Of a stretch of DNA of 25,844 nt, positions 1 through 9,264 are shown piece after piece. The DNA comes from an uncultured Alphaproteobacteria bacterium (GTDB taxonomy: Bacteria > Bacteroidota > Ignavibacteria > OLB7), in assembly GCA_964549365.1 (NCBI GenBank), contig CAZJYH010000001.1, positions 1-25,844 of the forward strand, in the 5' to 3' direction. Numbering within the stretch: position 1 is the stretch's first letter; each line of letters starts with the position of its first letter. The notes below the pieces were generated by a model, which had not been told where the DNA came from, searched no databases, and saw only the letters and a program-made list of their open reading frames with translations. The position numbers were made by a program, and so were the translations under genes.

Positions 1-51
1 CGGTCGGACGCGGCTGTCGGTAACGCATTGCTTTCATGGGAACTCCCTCCC

Positions 52-97
52 CCCCGATGTACTCATCGGGGCCGGCCCCCTCTTTGGAAAAGAGGGG
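52..97. repeat. Two adjacent REP-like palindromes
   Basis: ccccgatg(52-59)/catcgggg(64-71) and ccccctcttt(76-85)-gg-aaagaggggg(88-97) are perfect inverted repeats in non-coding sequence. Confidence 0.6.
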
Positions 98-207
98 GAG
101 AAGGATTTCACGGCTCTGATATCGGGGGGGCATCGGAAGAGACAGCCACTAACGAAGGATGCATTGCGCAACAACGTCCTTCATGATTCATACGTTCTCT
201 TCTTCAT

Positions 208-420
208 GGTCGCGGAGTCAACTCCGCGACAACGGGTTCGAGAATCGCGGCCCGTCATTTCCTCCCAACTACCGTTCACTCCCACGCTTCCACATTCATA
301 CTTCATACTTCACACTTTCTCTCGCCGGTCGTGGAGCGAACCACGCGGCAACAGGTTCGAGAATCGCGGCCCCGTTCTCTTCCTCCAACTTCCGCTCACT
401 TCCACGGTTCCACATTCATA
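208..420. repeat. Imperfect tandem direct repeat, two copies with ~119-120 bp period
   Basis: 208-300 vs 327-420 share an identical 21-mer ggttcgagaatcgcggcccgt (235-255, 354-374) and both end in ttccacattcata. Copy 1 starts with the palindrome gtcgcggagt-ca-actccgcgac (209-230). Confidence 0.85.
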
Positions 421-494
421 ATTCTCCATTTATAATTCCCCGGGCTTCCACATTCATAATTCTCCATTCATAATTCATACTTCATAATTCATAC
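295..494. repeat. Short tandem heptamer arrays (TTCATAM-like)
   Basis: ttcatac-ttcatac-ttcacac (295-315); ttcataa-ttctcca-tttataa (415-435); six units ttcataa/ttctcca/ttcataa/ttcatac/ttcataa/ttcatac (453-494). Confidence 0.85.
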
Positions 495-1998
495 TTTCCC
501 TCACGGACTGCGCGTGATTGAAGATGTTCCCCGGGTCCCACTCCCGCTTCGCACGCTGGAGCCGCGCGTAGCCTCCCTTGTAGTAGAGATATTCCCAGTT
601 CTCGAGATCGACATCCGGATAATTCACGTAGCAGCCGTCCATCACGCGATCGGGCATCGGGCCGTCGGGGCCGTACATGTCGTTGTAGAAGTCGCGGATC
701 CAGTTCAGGTTCACCGCGTCCTGATGCTTGTAATCCCAGTGCGTGTGGTATTGCAGCTTCATGATGGAGCTGCGCTGCGGAACGGCGGTGGCGGCCGGCT
801 TGACGGCGTTGATCCGCCCGCCGTAGGAGTCCACCTGCAGCAGGGCCAGCGGGTTGTAGTAGTCGGTGGTGAGATGCTTGAAGATGGTCTCGATCTGCCG
901 CCTCGGGAACGGCTTCTTCATGTAGGCGCTCTTGTACTTGCCGCGCTGGTTGGCGCCGGAGCCGTTCAGCGTCTGCGTGGCCTCCAGCCACGGCATGGTC
1001 GTCGGCGTGGTGGTCGGCACCACCACGTGATGCGATCCCGCGATGACGCGCTGCGGCACGTGGGCAAGGCCGTCCACCTTCACCGCCGCAAGGAATGCAT
1101 GGAGCGGCCCGGCTTCGGCGCCGACGTACTGCGCGGTGATGCTGACCTGCCCGGCCGCCTTGTTGGTCAGATGCAGCATCGCGAAGAGGCCGTCGTACTC
1201 GGAGCCCGGCGCGGAGTGCGCCTCCATGAACGCGCCGTAGTTCTGCACGATCCGATCGAACTCATCGAAGCCGAGCCCCTGCCAGTCCCACGCGATCGTG
1301 GCAAGATGCGCCATCGACGGCGCGGCCGGAGGATCGGCGAAGAAGTATCGCGTCACGATCCCGAAGTTCCCGCCGCCGCCCCCGGTATGCGCCCAGAAGA
1401 GATCCTGTTCACGACGGCTCGTCGACTCGCGCCCGACAACGACGACCTCGGCACGCCGCGCCTCGTTCACCACGATGGCCTCCACGGCGGTGAGATGGTC
1501 CACCGTCAGGCCATGCAGCCGCGAGAGCAGACCGTAGCCGCCGCCGATGATGTGGCCGCCCGCGCCGACGGAGTAGCAGGAGCCCGCGGGGATCGCCACG
1601 CCGTATTCCTTGTAGAGCTGCGTGTAGACGTTCCAGAGGGTGCATCCTCCCTCGATGCAGAAGGCATCGCGCGCGCGGTCCAGGTACACGGCGTTCATCG
1701 GCGAGAGATCGATGATGACGCCGCCGACGTTGCCGCTGACGAAGTCCTCGTAGCAATGGCCGCCGCCGCGCACGGTGATCCGCAGACCCTTGTCCAGCGC
1801 CTTCTGCACGGCGGCGCGCACCTGCGCGGTATCGCCGCACAACTCCACGTAGCGCGGCCTGCCGGTGAAGCGGCGGTTGAAGCCCTGCACCAGCGTGCCG
1901 TAGCGCGGATCGGTCTTGCCGACGGTCCCGCCCCGGAATGTGTTACACTCCTCCGGCGACTCGTCGTTGATTCTATCGTTGGATGCGTTGTTGCTCAT
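475..1998 (-). CDS. FAD-binding oxidoreductase, berberine-bridge-enzyme (BBE)/VAO-PCMH family
   Basis: RGGGHCYEDF flavinylation motif, AGSCYSVGAGGHIIGGGYG, GGGGGNFGIVT, and C-terminal BBE domain YVNYPD...YARLQRAKREWDPGNIFNHAQSV. Start set at MSNN (1998); the ORF is open to 2079. Confidence 0.9.
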   Translation of the reverse strand: MSNNASNDRINDESPEECNTFRGGTVGKTDPRYGTLVQGFNRRFTGRPRYVELCGDTAQVRAAVQKALDKGLRITVRGGGHCYEDFVSGNVGGVIIDLSPMNAVYLDRARDAFCIEGGCTLWNVYTQLYKEYGVAIPAGSCYSVGAGGHIIGGGYGLLSRLHGLTVDHLTAVEAIVVNEARRAEVVVVGRESTSRREQDLFWAHTGGGGGNFGIVTRYFFADPPAAPSMAHLATIAWDWQGLGFDEFDRIVQNYGAFMEAHSAPGSEYDGLFAMLHLTNKAAGQVSITAQYVGAEAGPLHAFLAAVKVDGLAHVPQRVIAGSHHVVVPTTTPTTMPWLEATQTLNGSGANQRGKYKSAYMKKPFPRRQIETIFKHLTTDYYNPLALLQVDSYGGRINAVKPAATAVPQRSSIMKLQYHTHWDYKHQDAVNLNWIRDFYNDMYGPDGPMPDRVMDGCYVNYPDVDLENWEYLYYKGGYARLQRAKREWDPGNIFNHAQSVRESMNYEV

Positions 1999-2240
1999 CG
2001 TCGTTCTGTTCGGGAATGTGGTTGCGAGGGGACAATGGAGGGTGGCATCAAGATACGGCGCCCGGAATAATCCCGACACATCGCAGCAGGATATCCCCTC
2101 GACCGGATATGCTCTGGATTAGACCATTGCCCGACGCATCCCCCGTTGCGTATACTGTGCCCGCCGCGATTTCCGCCGCACATGTCGCACACCTCGGCGC
2201 AGTTCGTTGGGATCACTCCATTCGCCAAGCCGATCGCATC

Positions 2241-5200
2241 ATGAAATGTATCGCTACTCTCCTGCTATTTGCAGCAGCGCTCTCCGCGGTCACCGCATTC
2301 GCCCAGCCGCGTTCGAACGACTCAACGTCGTATGTATTTCGCTGTGCCACCGATGAGGCGCTGCGCGCGCGCCGCCTGGCCGATCCCGCATTGAGCCGGC
2401 GCATGGAAGCGAACGACCGCCTCCTCTACACGTTGATATCCGCGGCGATGGCGGAGCGGCACGACATGCGCGCGCCGCATGCCGACGTGGTCTACACGAT
2501 CCCCGTGGTGATCCACATCGTGCACAACGGCGGCGCCGAGAACATCACCGATGCGCAGGTGCAGCAGGGGCTGCGCGACATGAACGACGCGTTCCGCAAT
2601 GTGGGCGTCTACGATCCGGCCACGGGTGTCGACGTGGAGATCGCGTTCTGCCTTGCCAAACAGGATCCCGACGGCAAGCCGACCAGCGGCATCACGCGCA
2701 CGCAGTCGCCGTTGACGAATCTGGCGATGGAGTCGGACGACATCCCGTTGAAGGATCTGACCCGGTGGAACCCTGAGCACTACCTCAACATCTGGCTGGT
2801 GCGCGAGATCACGTCGACATCGTCGGGGCCCGGCGTTGCCGGCTACGCATATCTCCCGGCGTCGCACGGCAGGCCGGAGGACGGCATCGTGGGCGAGGCG
2901 AGGTGGTTCGGCTCCTCCCCTGCCAACACCGCCATCCTGGTGCACGAGGCGGGGCACTACTTCGGACTGTACCACACGTTTCAGGGAGGCTGCACCAACA
3001 ACGACTGCCTGATCGACGGCGACGCGGTCTGCGACACGCCGCCGGACCAATCGGTGGCCGAGGTGTCGTGCCGGGGACAGGCCAATTCCTGCAGCAGCGA
3101 TCCGGACGATCCCTCACCGAAGAATCCGTTCCGCTCCCCCGCGCTCGGCGGCCTGGGCGACGTCCCCGATCTCCACACCGACTACATGGACTACGGCAAC
3201 CCCGCATGTTTCTCGGTGTTCACCGCGGGCCAACGCGACCGCATGCGTGCGGTATTGACATCGATCCGCTCCAGCCTCCTCGCCTCGCACGGCTGCACCT
3301 CACCCTGCCCGAACCCCTTCACGCCCTCGTTCACCGTTCCGCCGGGGACGATCTATGTGGGGAGCCCGGTCTCCTTCACGAACACCACGAGCGGCGCGAA
3401 CAGCTTCACCTGGAGCGTGGACGGCACGACCTTCTCCACGGCCGCGAGCCCGACCTACACCTTCACGAGCGCCGGCAGGCATGTGGTCACGCTGACGGCG
3501 GCAAGCGACGATCCGCTCTGCACGTTCACGACGTCGGATACGATCGACGTTCGCTGCCGCACCGTCGCGGGTTTCACGATCTCGTCGGCGACCGTGAAGC
3601 CGGGGGAGAGCATATCGGCGACGAGCACCTCCACGAACGCCGACTCGTACGTGTGGCTGGTGGACGGCGTGCAGGTTTCCGTGGGGCCGGATCTGACGAC
3701 CACCTTCCCGAGCGAGGGAGCCGTGCGCATCACGTTGATCGCTCAGGGACCGGATTGCAGCGACACGGCAACCCGCGTGCTGCAGGTGCGGCAATGCGGC
3801 ACCGACAAACACGGCAACGTCTGGTACTTCGGGTTCGGCGGCAACGGCCTGAACTTCAACACCCCGGACAGCCGCGGCTATCCGGCGCCGATCAGCGGCG
3901 GCGGCGGGAGCAACCGCGAAGGGTTCGCGTCGATATGCGATCAGAACGGCGCCGTCATGTTCTACACGGACGGACGAACCATCTACGATGGGCGGCATCG
4001 GAGCATGTACAATACCCTGAACGGCGGCGTGTGGGCCGCACAGGTGCTGATCGTTCCGATGCCCGGCAATCCCGATCTCTACTATGTCTTCAGCGTCAAC
4101 AACTGGACCGATACGCAAGCGGAACTGCGGTACACGGTGGTCGACATGCGGCTCAACGGCGGCCGCGGCGAAGTGACGCAGGGGAACGTGACGATTCACT
4201 CCAACGCAGCCGAATGCGTGGTCGGGGCATATCATGCCAACTGCAAGGACGTGTGGATCGTGACCCATGAGAAGGGGACCAACAACTACGTTGCCTTCCT
4301 GTTGACGTCGAGCGGAATCTCGACGCAGCCGGTGATCTCGTCGGTCGGCAGCGACCTGGTGGGAGCCAACCGGTACGGCTCGCTCCGGTTCTCTCAGGAC
4401 ACACGATGGTTGTGCCGAGCGCTCGGCGGAGGAAGCGCCGCCTCGCCGACCCTGGAGTTGAACGAGTTCGACAATGCCACGGGGAAGGTCTCGAACGCGA
4501 TGCCGATCGCCGACGATACGCTCCTCCCCTCCCCCTTCTCCGCGGAGTTCTCTCCGAACGGACGCTATCTCTACACGGCGAACTTCACCAAGGGCCCGAT
4601 CTATCAATTCGATCTACAGGCGGCCTCGGGGGGCGGCGCGGCAATCCTGGCATCGCGCGTGCCGGTCGGCACCTACGACGGCGGGTGTTTCGTTCTGGGA
4701 CCGGACGGCCGTATCTACATCTCGCAGTACAACACGGGAGGCCTGGCCGTCATCGACTATCCCAATCTCCCGGGGACCGCATGCCACGTCGCAACGCCGC
4801 CGATCCCGTATCCGGGCCAGAGCAGTCTGGGCCTGCAGAACCTGGTGGCCGGCATGTACGGCCGCGGCATATCGCTGCGCGCTGCGGCGACCGCCTGCGC
4901 CGGGGCCGATGTGAAGGTGACGGCGGCGTTCGTCGGCTGCGAGGTCAGCTCCGTGCGCTGGAGAGCGATCGGGCCGGGAACCATCACCGCAAGCGACGAC
5001 AAGAGCGCCACACTCCGCCTGGATGATACCGGCATCGTGCGCGTGGTGGTGGAACGCACCGATGCGTGCACGACGACGCTGGATTCGATCGACGTGCGCG
5101 CCACACCGGGCGTGGCCACAAACCTCGGCCCCGACACCGCGCTCTGTTCGATCGACTCGCTGACGCTCGACGCGGGGGCCGGCTTCGCCTCGTATAGCTG

Positions 5201-7046
5201 GCAGGATGGATCGACACGGCAACGCTTCACGGCCCGCGCGCCGGGCACCTACTGGGTGGAGGCCCGCACGCCCGAGGGATGCGTTGCGCGCGACACGATT
5301 GTCGTCGGCCCCGACGCGGGAAGCCCGTCGGTGAACCTCGGCGCCGACACCACGCTCTGCGGCGGCGCGGTGCTGACGCTCGATGCGGGGCCGGGCGCAC
5401 GCGCGTATCGCTGGCAGGATGGTTCGGCGCAGCGGCAGTTCACCGCGTTCGGGCCCGGCACATACTGGGTGACGATCACCGACGCCTGCGGACGGGCCGC
5501 GACCGACACGATCGTGGTGGCGGCGACCGCGACGACGCCTCTGCTCGGCGCCGACACGACGCTCTGCGACGGCAACATCGTCACGCTGGCTGCGCCCCCC
5601 GGGAAGCCGCGCTATCTCTGGTCGACAGGGGAAACGACCGATCGCATCACGGCCTCGGCAGCGGGAACGTACTGGGTGGATGTGCAGGAGCCGAACGGAT
5701 GCGTGACGCGCGACAGCATCGAGGTCACACTCTCATCCACGGCTTCGACATCGCTGGGACCGGACACGGTGCTGTGTCCCGGCACGACGGTGACGCTTGC
5801 GCCGAGCACGACGGGCGCATCGTATCGATGGTCGACGGGGGCGACATCGCCGAGCATATCGGTGGGGAGCGCGGGAGAATACTGGCTGGAACTGTGGGAT
5901 GCCGCCGGCTGCGTCGCGCGCGATACGGTACGCGTGGAGGTCGACCGCCAACTGCTGGATCTGAGCCTCGGCACGGACACGACGCTCTGCGGACGTTCGC
6001 CGCTGCTGCTGGATGCCGGGGCGGGCTTCGCCGGATACCGATGGAGCGACGGCTCGGCCGGGCGTACGTTGACCGCGACGCAGCCGGGCCGGTACTGGGT
6101 GGAGGTGAACGGACGATGCGGAACGGCGCGCGATACGATCGACATACGGCAGGGCGCGCCGCCGATCGATCTCGGACCCGACACGCTCGTGTGTGCACGC
6201 GACGCGATCACGTTGACGGCCCCGGAAGGGGGAACCTCGTATCGGTGGTCGACGGGCGAGACGACGCGCGATATCCGTGCCGCCGATTCCGGTGATTACT
6301 GGGTGGAGATGTGGAAGGATGGATGCGTGCTCCGCGACACGGTGCACGTGGCCACCTACCCCGGCGCGACGCTCACGGCATCGGTCGCGGAGATCGGCCC
6401 GTCGACCGACGTTGTGCCGGGCGACACGCTGGTCGTGACGCTGCGGCTGGCCTCATCCCCCGCCCGCGGTGCGATCGTGGGGGCGGCATACCGCGCCGTG
6501 CTGCGCTTCGACAGGACGATGCTCTTCCCCATCGCCCCGACACCGAGGGGGCCGATCGACGGAACCGACCGCGTGATCACGTTGAGCGGAACGGTGCCGA
6601 ACTCGGACACGAGGGCGCTGCTGCCGTTCCGCGGACTGTTCGGCCGTGATGCGGGCGTCGACGTGCGCATCGATTCGTTCGAGATCGCCGACGACTGCAT
6701 TGCCGGCATCATCCGCCTTCCCGGGCATGCCACGATCGTCGCGTGCGGCGCGGGGCGAGGGCTGTTGACGATCGAGCTGACCGATCGGGCGCTGTTGAAG
6801 GTCGCGAGCGAGGTGGTGGAGGGGAGGCCGCTGGTGGTCACGTACCGAACCGTGGAGATCGGGCCGACGCAGCTGGTGCTCACCGATGCGCGCGGCGCGA
6901 TCGTCCGACGCCTGTACGACGGCGGGGCCGAGGTCGGATCGTTCACGTTGGAGGTGCCGACCGAGGGAATTCCCTCCGGCGTGTACAGCGTTCAGCTTCG
7001 CACACCCAGCGACCGCAAAAGCGTGCGGGTGCTGGTGACGAAGTAG
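2241..7046 (+). CDS. Secreted M43 (pappalysin/ulilysin-like) zinc metalloprotease with PKD-like domains, propeller-like region, six Ig-like repeats and probable T9SS-type C-terminal domain
   Basis: Signal peptide MKCIATLLLFAAALSAVTAFA/Q; pro-peptide RCAT; HEAGHYFGLYH (2943-2975); Met-turn DYMDY (3180-3194); PKD-like FTNTTSGANSFTWSVDG; C-terminal GIPSGVYSVQL...VLVTK. Confidence 0.9.
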   Translation: MKCIATLLLFAAALSAVTAFAQPRSNDSTSYVFRCATDEALRARRLADPALSRRMEANDRLLYTLISAAMAERHDMRAPHADVVYTIPVVIHIVHNGGAENITDAQVQQGLRDMNDAFRNVGVYDPATGVDVEIAFCLAKQDPDGKPTSGITRTQSPLTNLAMESDDIPLKDLTRWNPEHYLNIWLVREITSTSSGPGVAGYAYLPASHGRPEDGIVGEARWFGSSPANTAILVHEAGHYFGLYHTFQGGCTNNDCLIDGDAVCDTPPDQSVAEVSCRGQANSCSSDPDDPSPKNPFRSPALGGLGDVPDLHTDYMDYGNPACFSVFTAGQRDRMRAVLTSIRSSLLASHGCTSPCPNPFTPSFTVPPGTIYVGSPVSFTNTTSGANSFTWSVDGTTFSTAASPTYTFTSAGRHVVTLTAASDDPLCTFTTSDTIDVRCRTVAGFTISSATVKPGESISATSTSTNADSYVWLVDGVQVSVGPDLTTTFPSEGAVRITLIAQGPDCSDTATRVLQVRQCGTDKHGNVWYFGFGGNGLNFNTPDSRGYPAPISGGGGSNREGFASICDQNGAVMFYTDGRTIYDGRHRSMYNTLNGGVWAAQVLIVPMPGNPDLYYVFSVNNWTDTQAELRYTVVDMRLNGGRGEVTQGNVTIHSNAAECVVGAYHANCKDVWIVTHEKGTNNYVAFLLTSSGISTQPVISSVGSDLVGANRYGSLRFSQDTRWLCRALGGGSAASPTLELNEFDNATGKVSNAMPIADDTLLPSPFSAEFSPNGRYLYTANFTKGPIYQFDLQAASGGGAAILASRVPVGTYDGGCFVLGPDGRIYISQYNTGGLAVIDYPNLPGTACHVATPPIPYPGQSSLGLQNLVAGMYGRGISLRAAATACAGADVKVTAAFVGCEVSSVRWRAIGPGTITASDDKSATLRLDDTGIVRVVVERTDACTTTLDSIDVRATPGVATNLGPDTALCSIDSLTLDAGAGFASYSWQDGSTRQRFTARAPGTYWVEARTPEGCVARDTIVVGPDAGSPSVNLGADTTLCGGAVLTLDAGPGARAYRWQDGSAQRQFTAFGPGTYWVTITDACGRAATDTIVVAATATTPLLGADTTLCDGNIVTLAAPPGKPRYLWSTGETTDRITASAAGTYWVDVQEPNGCVTRDSIEVTLSSTASTSLGPDTVLCPGTTVTLAPSTTGASYRWSTGATSPSISVGSAGEYWLELWDAAGCVARDTVRVEVDRQLLDLSLGTDTTLCGRSPLLLDAGAGFAGYRWSDGSAGRTLTATQPGRYWVEVNGRCGTARDTIDIRQGAPPIDLGPDTLVCARDAITLTAPEGGTSYRWSTGETTRDIRAADSGDYWVEMWKDGCVLRDTVHVATYPGATLTASVAEIGPSTDVVPGDTLVVTLRLASSPARGAIVGAAYRAVLRFDRTMLFPIAPTPRGPIDGTDRVITLSGTVPNSDTRALLPFRGLFGRDAGVDVRIDSFEIADDCIAGIIRLPGHATIVACGAGRGLLTIELTDRALLKVASEVVEGRPLVVTYRTVEIGPTQLVLTDARGAIVRRLYDGGAEVGSFTLEVPTEGIPSGVYSVQLRTPSDRKSVRVLVTK
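5121..6350 (+). repeat. Six intragenic ~65-aa Ig-like repeats
   Basis: The unit LGxDTxLC...Y(R/S/L)W(S/Q)(T/D)G...G(T/E/R/D)YWV...C...DT(I/V) occurs six times in the M43 protein translation. Confidence 0.85.
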
Positions 7047-7092
7047 CGATCACCCCGCCGGGATCGCTGTGCAACGAGACGAGGATACACAC

Positions 7093-7128
7093 GAACGCCC
7101 CCGAAGCCGCAATGCTCCGGGGGCGTTC
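7093..7128 (+). terminator. GC-rich hairpin between convergent genes, possible terminator
   Basis: gaacgcccccg(7093-7103)/cgggggcgttc(7118-7128) is an 11-bp perfect inverted repeat. It has no long U-tract and is followed by ccttatccat. Confidence 0.55.
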
Positions 7129-7201
7129 CCTTATCCATCGATGGCACCGCTCATCCGAACGTCATCGCGACGGCGTCATCGGATCGATCGCATCGCTGCG
7201 C

Positions 7202-9025
7202 TCACCGGTCGCCGACCACCACACGCGCCGCCGCGCGCGCGCCGCCGCCGCCCACGGTCACCACGTACGTGCCGGCCGGCCATCCCGCCGTCGGGATCTC
7301 GGCCACCGTCCGCCCGGTTCCGCTCGGCGCCGTGCGACGCGCAACCTCACGGCCGAGGAGGTCGGAGACGACCACCGTCGTCGCGCGATCGGGGTCCAGT
7401 TCGAACGCCGTGCTCAGCGTGCCGTTGCGCGGCACGGGGTTCGGATACGTCGCAAGACGGCGCGAGGCGGCCGAGCCGTCGAACGTGAGAGTCGCGCCGT
7501 GCGCGGCATCGGGATCCACCGCCGGCTTCGGGTTCAGATAGCAGAGCTGCGATCCCGCGGTGGCCGGGATTCCAAGCACGGGGTAGAACGTCCCGGTGGC
7601 GAACGGATTGTCCGTCACGCTCACGCACTGCTCCACCAGTCCCGTTGCCGGGTACACCGGTGTCGCGGTGCCGCTGTTGCAGCTCATGCCGCCGGCGGTG
7701 TTGGTCTTGATCAGATAGATCTCGCTGAAGGCTCCCGGCGGGATGATGCTCGGGCTGTAGGTCAACCCCGCCACGGCGAAGCCGAAGGTGAAGCCCGGCA
7801 GGCTGTTCGGCGCCTCGGCCACTTCCTCCCCCTGATCCGCGCCGCTGCCGCCGTACACGTTGAACGCCCCGACCGGGGCCAGCGTCCCCTGCGCATACTG
7901 TTGCAGGAAGGCGTCGGTGGCCCCTCCGAGCGGCGCCAGCGACGTGGTCCCGACGACGACCATGTCCCCCGGCGTGCCGACGGCGGGCGCGGTTATCTCG
8001 CGCACCGAGTTGGCCGTGTCGGGGGCCTGGGTGCCGTCGCCGAACGCCGTCCACGCCACGCTCGGCATGCAGACGGCCCCGGCAACGGTCGGGTCGATCA
8101 CCAGCAGGAGCGCGTCGGCGCCGTTCCACGTGGTACCGGCGATCGCCGCCCTGCCGGCCCACACGCCGGACTTCAACTCCTGGATCGAGTTTCCGGCGTC
8201 GCCCATGTCGATGCCGTACTCCGCGGAGGTGATCGTCGCGCCGGTGTTGCCGTCCACGCGCAGCCCCCACACGTCCTCGGTCCCCGGGATGTTGAAACGG
8301 AAGGTGTAGCCGGCGGCGATGACGTCGCCGGGGAAATTGAGGTCCATCTCGTCGAGGCCGCGCAGCTCATCGTCCAGCCCCTGCACGTCGTAGGTGTTCT
8401 CCCAGATCGTCGGTCCCCCACCCCCCGGGATACGGAACATGTACCCGTCCTTGCCGTTCGGCCCGCCGACGTCGGAGACGCCGCTGACGATGAAATCGCC
8501 GGCGAACGTCGTGGACTTGTTGCCGTAGGCCGCCTCGACGACGTCGGTCGCTACCTCGTCCACGCCGGCGGTGCCGTACACGAAGACCCACAACACGTTC
8601 CCCGCCGCGTCGAGCCGCATCACGAAGGCATCCTCGCAGCCGGGGCATATACCGGAGGTCTGCACCTTGCCGACGACGACCAGATCGCCGTTGGCACATT
8701 CCTTGACGTTCGTGGCGACGCTCGGGAAGGATGGATCGATGGCATAGACGTTGTCCCAGAGCGTCAGTCCGGTCGGGTCGGTGCGGATGACGTAGGCATC
8801 CGGCTTCCCGGTCACGAAGTCCGTGCTCCCGCACGTCACGTACTCCCCGTTGGCCGTCTGCACGACGCCGCCGCGTTGATCGTCGGTGGCTCCCGGCGCG
8901 CCGTAGACGTTCAGAAATCGCTGAGCAGACGCCGGCGCGGCCGAGAGCAGCGAGAGCAGAACGGTAGTGAGCACGACGGCCGGGCTCACGCCGCGACGTT
9001 GCAGGTTCGATATGGAACTCTTCAT
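7202..9025 (-). CDS. Secreted ~7-bladed beta-propeller repeat protein with T9SS type A sorting domain
   Basis: RBS aaggaga upstream of MKSSIS; signal peptide ending APASA/Q; seven repeats of (W/F)xxxYG...D...V...GdxvvxGxT...DA(F/Y)xxRxDxxG; C-terminal LATYPNP...VSDLLGREV...GWPAGTYVVTV. Confidence 0.85.
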   Translation of the reverse strand: MKSSISNLQRRGVSPAVVLTTVLLSLLSAAPASAQRFLNVYGAPGATDDQRGGVVQTANGEYVTCGSTDFVTGKPDAYVIRTDPTGLTLWDNVYAIDPSFPSVATNVKECANGDLVVVGKVQTSGICPGCEDAFVMRLDAAGNVLWVFVYGTAGVDEVATDVVEAAYGNKSTTFAGDFIVSGVSDVGGPNGKDGYMFRIPGGGGPTIWENTYDVQGLDDELRGLDEMDLNFPGDVIAAGYTFRFNIPGTEDVWGLRVDGNTGATITSAEYGIDMGDAGNSIQELKSGVWAGRAAIAGTTWNGADALLLVIDPTVAGAVCMPSVAWTAFGDGTQAPDTANSVREITAPAVGTPGDMVVVGTTSLAPLGGATDAFLQQYAQGTLAPVGAFNVYGGSGADQGEEVAEAPNSLPGFTFGFAVAGLTYSPSIIPPGAFSEIYLIKTNTAGGMSCNSGTATPVYPATGLVEQCVSVTDNPFATGTFYPVLGIPATAGSQLCYLNPKPAVDPDAAHGATLTFDGSAASRRLATYPNPVPRNGTLSTAFELDPDRATTVVVSDLLGREVARRTAPSGTGRTVAEIPTAGWPAGTYVVTVGGGGARAAARVVVGDR

Positions 9026-9208
9026 GGTATCTCTCCTTGTGTTGGATTGGATATAACGGACCACGCGGCGCGCACGCCCGCGCCGCATGGGCCTGCCGAC
9101 GCGTACGTTCAGGAGTCTCCTCGCACCGTGTCCGCGCCGGTGCGTGCACATGGGGATAAAATCGAATGTTGGATGTGTGGAGGGTCCGCATGGCTCGGAT
9201 GGATAAGG

Positions 9209-9237
9209 GGATGGTGCGCCGCATGGACGCACCATCC
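9209..9237 (-). terminator. Hairpin downstream of the Cys-rich gene, possible terminator/attenuator
   Basis: ggatggtgcg(9209-9218)/cgcaccatcc(9228-9237) is a 10-bp perfect inverted repeat, 27 nt past the stop at 9265. Confidence 0.55.
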
Positions 9238-9264
9238 GGAGTCATCCGCCGAGCATCGGTGCAA

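Noticed and set aside
1-37. Possible start of a minus-strand gene (MKAMRYRQPRPT...)
   Set aside because: Only 12 codons are visible, with no RBS or motif support.
208-494. CRISPR array
   Set aside because: There are only two imperfect units, the intervening sequence is homologous rather than unique spacers, and no cas genes are present.
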